Positions 45,378 to 51,341 of a stretch of 51,341 nucleotides of DNA are shown piece by piece (position 1 is the first letter of the stretch; every line of letters begins with the position of its first letter). Below the pieces are notes generated by a model that saw only the letters and a program-made list of their open reading frames with translations, had not been told where the DNA came from and made no database searches. The translations under genes were made by a program, and so were the position numbers. Source of the stretch: Candidatus Omnitrophota bacterium (lineage in GTDB: Bacteria > Omnitrophota > Gorgyraeia > Gygaellales > Profunditerraquicolaceae); the NCBI GenBank assembly GCA_025453395.1, contig JALOQK010000009.1:1-51341 (forward strand), read 5' to 3'.

Positions 45378-46151
45378 CTATATCTTTTTGAGAATATCCT
45401 TAGCGACTTTTTCACCTGACAATAACATCCCCCCAAAAATAGGTCCCATCCTGGGGCCCCCAATAACAGCGTTAGCGCACATCCCGCAGACATAAAAACC
45501 AGTGGCTGCCTTTTTAGAATTTCTTACAATTGCATCCTCTCCCGCATCCGCCCACATTGAATTCTCCCCCATAAGCTTGCCGGATTTTGTATTTAAACGG
45601 ATACCGGATTTCTTCTCAATTATCCGCGCCACCTGAGCAGGATGCCCCGTAGCATCAACTACAAACTTTGAGCGTATTGTTATAGGGTCAACATGTAAAC
45701 TTGCCATCTCAACCGCGGTCCAGTTTAACACCAAACCGCAGACTTTTTTCTTACGTATCATGACATCCTCGGCGCTAAAAAGGTTAAAGATCTTAAGGCC
45801 GGCTTTTACTGCCTTAGAGCAAATCGTGGATACTGCCTCAATAGAATCACAAAGATAATAGCCTTTTTCATATTCTCTTGTTTTAATCTGAAACTCGTCC
45901 AATATTTTCTTAGCCGACTCCTGAAAAACTATTTCATTAAACATTATCCCGCCGCCCCACATACCACCCCCAACCGAAAGTTTCTTCTCAAATAACACGA
46001 CCCTGCTTCCAGCTTTTGCTAAATAATACCCGCAAACCATGCCTGCTGGCCCCGCGCCAACAATCGCCACATCAACGTCCAGCGCCTTTAAAAGCTTCTG
46101 GCTGTATGATTCAATTATGGCCCGAGAAATCTTTATCTCATCCAGTTTCAC
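45378..46151 (-). CDS. thi4: thiazole synthase, Thi4 family
   Basis: VGAGPAG FAD/NAD motif and Thi4-type body ([13 protein letters not shown]). GTG start with AAGGGG upstream. A TPP riboswitch lies in the leader. Confidence 0.88.
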   Translation of the reverse strand: MKLDEIKISRAIIESYSQKLLKALDVDVAIVGAGPAGMVCGYYLAKAGSRVVLFEKKLSVGGGMWGGGIMFNEIVFQESAKKILDEFQIKTREYEKGYYLCDSIEAVSTICSKAVKAGLKIFNLFSAEDVMIRKKKVCGLVLNWTAVEMASLHVDPITIRSKFVVDATGHPAQVARIIEKKSGIRLNTKSGKLMGENSMWADAGEDAIVRNSKKAATGFYVCGMCANAVIGGPRMGPIFGGMLLSGEKVAKDILKKI

Positions 46152-46170
46152 TTGTTTCCCCTTTCTTTGG

Positions 46171-46325
46171 GTGTTATCTTTATGTTTACGCCCCGCGCTT
46201 ATTTGAATTGCGCGGGCGCATTGCTTTCTGCAACTACACCCGGCGCAATCTGATGCGCCGGTGTGTTGTCTTTCTGTTTACGCCCCGCGCTTATTTGAAT
46301 TGCGCGGGCGCATTGCTTTCTGCAA
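46171..46325. repeat. two 63-nt direct repeats (period 92 nt), each containing a GC-rich hairpin, separated by a third hairpin
   Basis: 46171-46233 and 46263-46325 differ at 2 positions. Each holds CGCCCCGCGC-N11-GCGCGGGCG. CCGGCGCA-N6-TGCGCCGG lies between them. Confidence 0.9.
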
Positions 46326-46357
46326 TGAAAAACCCTTATGCCAGATGCATAAGGGTT
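46326..46357 (-). terminator. intrinsic terminator (riboswitch expression platform)
   Basis: The minus strand reads AACCCUUAUGC-AUCUG-GCAUAAGGGUU followed by UUUCAUU, directly after the aptamer. Confidence 0.6.
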
Positions 46358-46364
46358 GACTACT

Positions 46365-46507
46365 TGGTTTTCCCTACGCTGGCATTATCCAGATCCCGAC
46401 AAATTATAATTTGTCGGGATTTCGCCACTTGTCTTAAAGCAATGGCGAACAGGTTCATCGGGTAACTCCGTCTAACGGAGACTCTCAGGCTGCTTTACAG
46501 CCTCCCC
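46365..46507 (-). promoter_or_regulatory. TPP (THI-box) riboswitch in the thi4 leader, carrying a 55-nt insertion
   Basis: The minus strand reads GGGGAGGCUGUAAAGCAGCCUGAGAG...ACCCGAUGAACCUG[55 nt]AUCUGGAUAAUGCCAGCGUAGGGAA. This matches the universally conserved CUGAGA and ACCUGAUCUGGAUAAUGCCAGCGUAGGGAA cores. Confidence 0.8.
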
Positions 46508-46519
46508 TTATTTTTTCTC

Positions 46520-46864
46520 TTAACTTGCCTTTCCTTTCTTTAAACGGTTGATCCCTTTTACAACCATGAAAATGCAAAATGCGACAATAAAGAAATCAAT
46601 TACCTTATTTATAAATAACCCGTAATTAAGAGTAATTGCGGGAATTGAAGCAGCAGGCGGCGTGTTAATAATCGCTTCTTTGAGGACTATCTTTAGGTTC
46701 TTAAAATCAACCCCTCCGAGCAATACTCCTATCGGAGGCATTATCACATCGCCCACCAAAGAAGTAACGATCTTACTAAATGAAGCCCCTATCACAATGC
46801 CAACTGCCATATCAACGGCATCACCCTTGGCTGCAAACTCTTTGAATTCTTTTATTATGGACAT
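46520..46864 (-). CDS. mscL: large-conductance mechanosensitive channel (copy 2)
   Basis: Same signature as copy 1. By hand alignment, 10 substitutions over the first 111 residues. Confidence 0.9.
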   Translation of the reverse strand: MSIIKEFKEFAAKGDAVDMAVGIVIGASFSKIVTSLVGDVIMPPIGVLLGGVDFKNLKIVLKEAIINTPPAASIPAITLNYGLFINKVIDFFIVAFCIFMVVKGINRLKKGKAS

Positions 46865-46904
46865 AGGCGTCTTTTTTGCTCAGAATACCAAATTAATTTT
46901 ATGG

Positions 46905-47279
46905 CTATTTACTAAGCAACTCACTTATCTTTACCAACAGCTCTTCAAAACTGCAAGGCTTATTGATAAAATAACAATTCTCTAATTCGGACAGACGCTT
47001 TTCAACCCCCTCGCTATTAAAGTCTTTAGCAGTCATAAAAATAATAGGGATTGATTCTGAACCGCTCTGCTGCCTAATACTAGAAGCGACAGAAAATCCA
47101 TCTATATCACCCAACATGATATCAAGCACTGCCGCATCAGGAAGATGCTCCTTGCACTTTCTAAGGGCCTGATCGCCATTAAGAGCAGTAATTACTTCAA
47201 AGCCGCTCTGAATAAATTTCTTTTCCAATATCTCAACAACATCAATTTCATCATCTGCGATTAGGATCTTTTTCTTCAT
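46905..47279 (-). CDS. single-domain response regulator (CheY-like receiver)
   Basis: IADDE acidic pair, phosphoacceptor in AVLDIML, T in FMTAK and K in INKP. Confidence 0.85.
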   Translation of the reverse strand: MKKKILIADDEIDVVEILEKKFIQSGFEVITALNGDQALRKCKEHLPDAAVLDIMLGDIDGFSVASSIRQQSGSESIPIIFMTAKDFNSEGVEKRLSELENCYFINKPCSFEELLVKISELLSK

Positions 47280-47304
47280 TGCCTGCTCCTGTTAAGAATA
47301 AATT

Positions 47305-47637
47305 TTATGCCTTAATTCGGCTTCCGTCAGGAAGCAAATCTTCAGGCACAACTTCCCCGGATTGCCTAACCTTAAATCTTGCGCAATTAACATTATTGCT
47401 GGATAAACAATAGCGGTTCGCTATTTTTACAAAATTATCAAAATCACTTATGCCAAAATTCTTATAAGCAACGCACTTTTTAACGCAGTCACAATGAAAT
47501 CCTATGTTGTTTAAAGTCTTGAAAAATGGGCACTCTTTATGCTTATCGCTCTGGCAATAATAAAAAGTATCCTGAGGCAAGAACCCTATTTTATCAAGAC
47601 AATCCCTTGTGTAGTCAACAAACATTGGACAATCCAT
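47305..47637 (-). CDS. hypothetical Cys-rich protein (9 Cys in 110 aa)
   Basis: ORF with a GAGGTG Shine-Dalgarno and its own promoter. No family recognised. Confidence 0.5.
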   Translation of the reverse strand: MDCPMFVDYTRDCLDKIGFLPQDTFYYCQSDKHKECPFFKTLNNIGFHCDCVKKCVAYKNFGISDFDNFVKIANRYCLSSNNVNCARFKVRQSGEVVPEDLLPDGSRIKA

Positions 47638-47655
47638 ACTTGCACCTCTAATCTA

Positions 47656-47684
47656 ATTTTACCACTGGTAAAATACAAAGGCAA
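47656..47684 (-). promoter_or_regulatory. candidate promoter of the Cys-rich-protein operon: TTGCCT-17-TAAAAT with an overlapping palindrome
   Basis: Minus-strand hexamers at 47684-47679 and 47661-47656. The perfect palindrome TTTTACCA-C-TGGTAAAA lies at 47657-47673. Confidence 0.45.
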
Positions 47685-47957
47685 TGAAAGAATCTTCAAG
47701 CTGCTGGTAAACTCATTAAGAGAGTAAAAATAAACAAACATTAATTTCTAATGCCTGGATTTTGACTTATTGTCAACGCCAGAAATATAATACCGCGATA
47801 ATGACGATACCGACAAGATAAAGCAAAAACGTGCCTGAAATAAAATAAAGTCATCTGCCTGTGTTAAACCAATACCTGCCATAAAGAAATGATATAGCGC
47901 TAAATGCTATTGTTTAAATTACAAACTTGAATTTATCATTATATAGCGCGTCTATAT

Positions 47958-50900
47958 TCAAAGGCATCGCCTTAGTTTCTTAATATATTCCTGCGTGATT
48001 TTCATATATTTGTTACCGTATTTCCTGGATGGCTCAATATGGCTTGTTTCATGGTATTCATTAAAACTATCTATTAGAATTATTTCCGGAGAAGGTTTTA
48101 CTTCCAGGGCTTTTTTCCAAATATCCTTATACACTTTCCCCGCTTTTCTAGGGACGTGACGAAAAAGATGCGCTTTTCTATCCGGGTCATCAAGATGCCT
48201 ATCATCATACCCGGGAGAAACAGAAAATATTCTAATATTTGTTTTTCGGCCGCAGCTTGTCCTGTATTCTTTTTCCAGCTCATGAAAATTTTCGCTAACC
48301 CCGTTAAAGGTTAACGGGCTTGAAATATAATTTCCATTAAACAGGTTTACCATATGTTCTGGCATATTGCCTTCGATCGGAAAAAGACTGCCGGCAACCA
48401 GCCAAGTATCGGTGTTTTCTTGTTTAAATTTCTTTAAACATAAAAAAGGAGAATAAAATAAACTAGGCGTCATAAATACAAATAAAAGCTTTTTATCGGC
48501 AAAGCTAAAATAACTGCTGCTGGATGATATCTTAGAATAGGCTCCAAGCGCATCATTTATAGCCTGAGGATTTGCCGTGTAAATTGAGAGAAGGATACAG
48601 ATCTTAATATTCAAATTTTGTCGTTTTATTGATTCAAGTATTATCTTCGTGGCAAGCAGTTCATCCTTGGAAATGCCGCAAGCAGACACAGTCCAATTGA
48701 TGCTGATAAAATCCACTCCTATGGAATTCAAATCTTCCAAATGTTTGCTGATAATATTGCTATCAGCTGATGAATACAAGCCATCTTTAGGCTTATCGCA
48801 GATATTACCATACCTTGGATTATCGCCCCAGTGCGCATTAGTTTTAGAGTTATACCACGCGAAATAGAGAGCGCCCACAAAAAGCTTACAGTTTGTTTTA
48901 GGATGTTTCCTTTGTAAAACAGAATAATTTAAATATTCATCATGTGTTTTATGAAATAAATCCAAAAGATTTTCTGCTGTCTTCTGCCAGGTAAACTTCT
49001 TGGAAGCCTTCCATGCGATCTGCCCCATCTGCTTAGCTTTTTCAGGGTTTGCAATCAAAAAGTTAATTTTTTCAGCTATCAGAGACGGCTCAGGATCAAC
49101 CGATATGTAAGAGCCTTTCGGCAAAACTTCTTTATATCCGGCATCGTCTGTGGAAACAATAAGCGGCATAGCGTATGACATAGCCTCTACCGCGGCAATG
49201 CCAAATGGCTCTCTGATTGGTATATACAAAAAACAATAGGAAGATTTTAACAGCATTTTCTTCTTATCTGTTGATATCCCCGAATATATCTGAACCTTGC
49301 TTCCCAGCTTCAATTGATTAATCAATTCTTCCAATTCTTGTTTTAATGACCCCTGCCCAATAATAATTAACCGGGCGTTTGAGGTGTATTTCATTGCTTT
49401 AATGGCGATATCAGGCTGCTTATGCCTTTCAAGGCTGCCAATAAATAAGACATTTCTTATTTTGGTCTTGGGAAGGTGATACTTCTTGGGCACCATTTGT
49501 ATCCCGGGATAAATTGTTTTAGTCTGTGTTATCCCGCAGATACTTTTAAAATACTGCGCGGTAAAATTACTGTTAGTTACATATTTTCTAAAACATTCTT
49601 TGAAGTTTTCTTCTGACGGATTATGGATGGACCCAAGATAAGACAACAAGCGGCTATGATTTATTGAGATATAATCAGACGTACCATAAAGCTTTATAGC
49701 CGGAGCACCTATTTTTTGTTTAAATGGAATATATTTAAAATTCCTAAGGTCGTATATCGCCCTAAATGGTTCATGACAAATTACTACCGATGGCTCAAGT
49801 GAGATAGAAGGCAAAATCGCGCCATTTGTGCTATGTATAACATATATATCATGTTTTCCTATTTCATCTTCCCATGCCTTGGGTATAATAAAAAGCATAT
49901 TGAGCATATAAAAAGACTCAAATGAAACAGCCGAGCTTAAAACTTTTACCGGAATATCCTGAAGATCAAAATCCGTAAGAAGTTTCTTGTTAAAAAAAGG
50001 GGTGTATATCGTGACATTATTGTTCTTCTTCCATTCCTTTATGCACTCAAGCGCGTATACTTCTTTGCCTCCATAAGAACTTAAATTATCCACTAAGACA
50101 GCAATATCAAATAATTGCTTTCTCGCGCGGGAATAACCCGGCCTCTGCAAATCATGCTTCAGAGAAGGCTTGGATTTAAATCCTCTTAGCGATCGGGATA
50201 CATTATTAAAAGCCTTATAGATTTGAAGGTTTTGCTTTTTTTCGTTTTCTTTGCTGTTATAAAATGCCCTCAGATGAAATTTGATAAAATCTTCATTTTC
50301 CTTGAATGAACTATAAATATTATTTAAAAGCGGCATCGCCACTGACCCGGGATACGTCTTGAAAATTTTATCAATAATCGGAATAAAATATTTATCAAGC
50401 GCAGAAACATCATAACGGACTATTTCTTTTACCGGGAATACTTTTGAATTTATATATTCGGGATTATGCTTTATAAGCACGTAAATTCTATTTCTTAAGT
50501 TATAGTAGCCTATTTTCTCTGCGCCCTGATTCGATCCATGCAGCCTATGATAAACTTTACTTTTAGGGGAATAATACACTTTCCAGCCTTTTTTTCTCAT
50601 TCTAATTGCCATATCCACTTCTTCAAGGTACATCATAAAATCTTCATCAAAAAGCCCTGTCTCTTTAAGGGCCTGAGCCCTATACATCGCCGAGCAATTT
50701 GACACGCTCTCAACTTCTTCGACCTTCTCATACTGGCCTTGGTCTTTTTCATATAAACCACGATCAGCCCAGGTATAATCCGAAAAACGCAGATGGCCGG
50801 CGCTTTGAATCCTGCCGTCTTCGAACAAAATCTTACTTCCTACCATACCAATATCTTCTTTGCTATTTATTGTTGCCAGAAGCTGATTAAGCCATTCCCT

Positions 50901-51194
50901 GTCAACCCTGACGTCATTATTCAACAAAACAATAAATTTGCCTTTAGAATTCTTAATCCCGATATTGTTAGCCAAACAGCAATTATTTATTTTGTTCCTA
51001 ATTACGGTTATACCGGGTTTGTATTTTTCTAAAATACTCAAAGAATTATCCGTTGAGCCGTTATCCACAACAATAATCTGCATTCTCTCCGGAGGATAAT
51101 TGGCATTTTCAACGGAAGAAATACAGCCATCCAGAAAATTAGCCCCGTTATAGTTTAATATAATTATACTGATCAGCGGTTTTACGGTTTCCAT
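47958..51194 (-). CDS. three-domain glycan enzyme: GT2 + GT4 glycosyltransferases + GH99-like C-terminal domain
   Basis: aa 1-250 have the GT2 pattern (IIILNYNG, VVDNGSTDNS, EEVDM). aa ~560-745 have the GT4 EX7E region (EPFGIAAVEAMSYAMPLI). aa ~750-1078 resemble GH99 (YFAWY..HW, LYSSADSNII, SFNEYHETSHIE). Confidence 0.85.
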   Translation of the reverse strand: METVKPLISIIILNYNGANFLDGCISSVENANYPPERMQIIVVDNGSTDNSLSILEKYKPGITVIRNKINNCCLANNIGIKNSKGKFIVLLNNDVRVDREWLNQLLATINSKEDIGMVGSKILFEDGRIQSAGHLRFSDYTWADRGLYEKDQGQYEKVEEVESVSNCSAMYRAQALKETGLFDEDFMMYLEEVDMAIRMRKKGWKVYYSPKSKVYHRLHGSNQGAEKIGYYNLRNRIYVLIKHNPEYINSKVFPVKEIVRYDVSALDKYFIPIIDKIFKTYPGSVAMPLLNNIYSSFKENEDFIKFHLRAFYNSKENEKKQNLQIYKAFNNVSRSLRGFKSKPSLKHDLQRPGYSRARKQLFDIAVLVDNLSSYGGKEVYALECIKEWKKNNNVTIYTPFFNKKLLTDFDLQDIPVKVLSSAVSFESFYMLNMLFIIPKAWEDEIGKHDIYVIHSTNGAILPSISLEPSVVICHEPFRAIYDLRNFKYIPFKQKIGAPAIKLYGTSDYISINHSRLLSYLGSIHNPSEENFKECFRKYVTNSNFTAQYFKSICGITQTKTIYPGIQMVPKKYHLPKTKIRNVLFIGSLERHKQPDIAIKAMKYTSNARLIIIGQGSLKQELEELINQLKLGSKVQIYSGISTDKKKMLLKSSYCFLYIPIREPFGIAAVEAMSYAMPLIVSTDDAGYKEVLPKGSYISVDPEPSLIAEKINFLIANPEKAKQMGQIAWKASKKFTWQKTAENLLDLFHKTHDEYLNYSVLQRKHPKTNCKLFVGALYFAWYNSKTNAHWGDNPRYGNICDKPKDGLYSSADSNIISKHLEDLNSIGVDFISINWTVSACGISKDELLATKIILESIKRQNLNIKICILLSIYTANPQAINDALGAYSKISSSSSYFSFADKKLLFVFMTPSLFYSPFLCLKKFKQENTDTWLVAGSLFPIEGNMPEHMVNLFNGNYISSPLTFNGVSENFHELEKEYRTSCGRKTNIRIFSVSPGYDDRHLDDPDRKAHLFRHVPRKAGKVYKDIWKKALEVKPSPEIILIDSFNEYHETSHIEPSRKYGNKYMKITQEYIKKLRRCL

Positions 51195-51235
51195 AAATTT
51201 CCCTTTTGATTAATTATTCCTACACCAGTAAAAGT

Positions 51236-51340
51236 TCAAAATAAATAAAAATCATGCTTATCTTTTAAAAAAGACAGAAGAAGCGGAGTATCCCTTTTAT
51301 GATTAAAATCCTTCTTAAGTATAAAATCAGGCCCATAGAT
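51236..51340 (-). CDS. 3' end of an unidentified gene running off the window
   Basis: Open frame from the window edge (..IYGPDFILKKDFNHKRDTPLLLSFLKDKHDFYLF stop). Too short to classify. Confidence 0.25.
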   Translation of the reverse strand: MYGPDFILKKDFNHKRDTPLLLSFLKDKHDFYLF

Positions 51341-51341
51341 A

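Noticed and set aside
46171-46325. Possible mini-CRISPR array.
   Set aside because: Only two repeat units are present. The units are 63 nt with a 29-nt spacer that is itself a palindrome. No cas genes are present, and the region lies inside a 5' UTR.
47770-47850. Minus-strand frame reading ..LYFISGTFLLYLVGIVIIAVLYFWR-stop, which looks like a membrane helix.
   Set aside because: There is no in-frame ATG, GTG or TTG start after the preceding stop. The overlapping ATG-initiated frames give implausible peptides. It may be a gene remnant, but this is unsupported.
1-51341. Mobile elements, prophage, defence islands, rRNA or tRNA genes.
   Set aside because: No transposase, integrase, phage structural, restriction, Cas or toxin-antitoxin signatures appear in any frame. 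No tRNA T-loop or acceptor patterns or rRNA-like segments were noticed.

Overview
AT-rich bacterial chromosomal segment with about 55 genes, nearly all on the minus strand in tightly packed operons. Most of it is housekeeping. Translation and tRNA modification: metG, cysS, lysS, tsaB, tsaE. Replication and repair: holB, tmk, radA. Isoprenoid, thiamine and pyrimidine synthesis: ispD, ispF, thiL, thi4, pyrE. Protein quality control: mcsA-mcsB-clpC, htpX, and a Maf-M48 fusion. A complete diderm envelope toolkit is also present: lptF/lptG, mlaFED, lolDE and a BamE-like lipoprotein. This combination suggests an uncultivated diderm lineage, but that is inference only and no taxon can be assigned from the sequence. 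From about 38 kb the content becomes more accessory: orphan response regulators, uncharacterised secreted and Cys-rich proteins, duplicated mscL genes flanking a TPP-riboswitch-controlled thi4, and a 1078-aa GT2-GT4-GH99-like fusion. No rRNA, tRNA, CRISPR array, transposase or integrase was recognised. The most unusual signal is non-coding. Nearly every sizeable intergenic spacer in the first ~19 kb is built from in-register 7-nt units (AGCTNNN, GCGTAAA, ATGAGNN/AACCCAC, CTTTTAC) arranged as long imperfect palindromes. Related heptamer tracts sit in frame inside ispD and cysS and supply the C-terminal tails of two enzymes. Other points worth a second look: a TPP riboswitch carrying a 55-nt double-hairpin insertion followed by two 63-nt tandem repeats; a GC-rich cloverleaf-like element upstream of lysS; an EF-hand loop in HtpX; several near-consensus promoters placed to give leaderless mRNAs; and a palindrome shared by the corA promoter and a Cys-rich-protein/response-regulator/mscL promoter.
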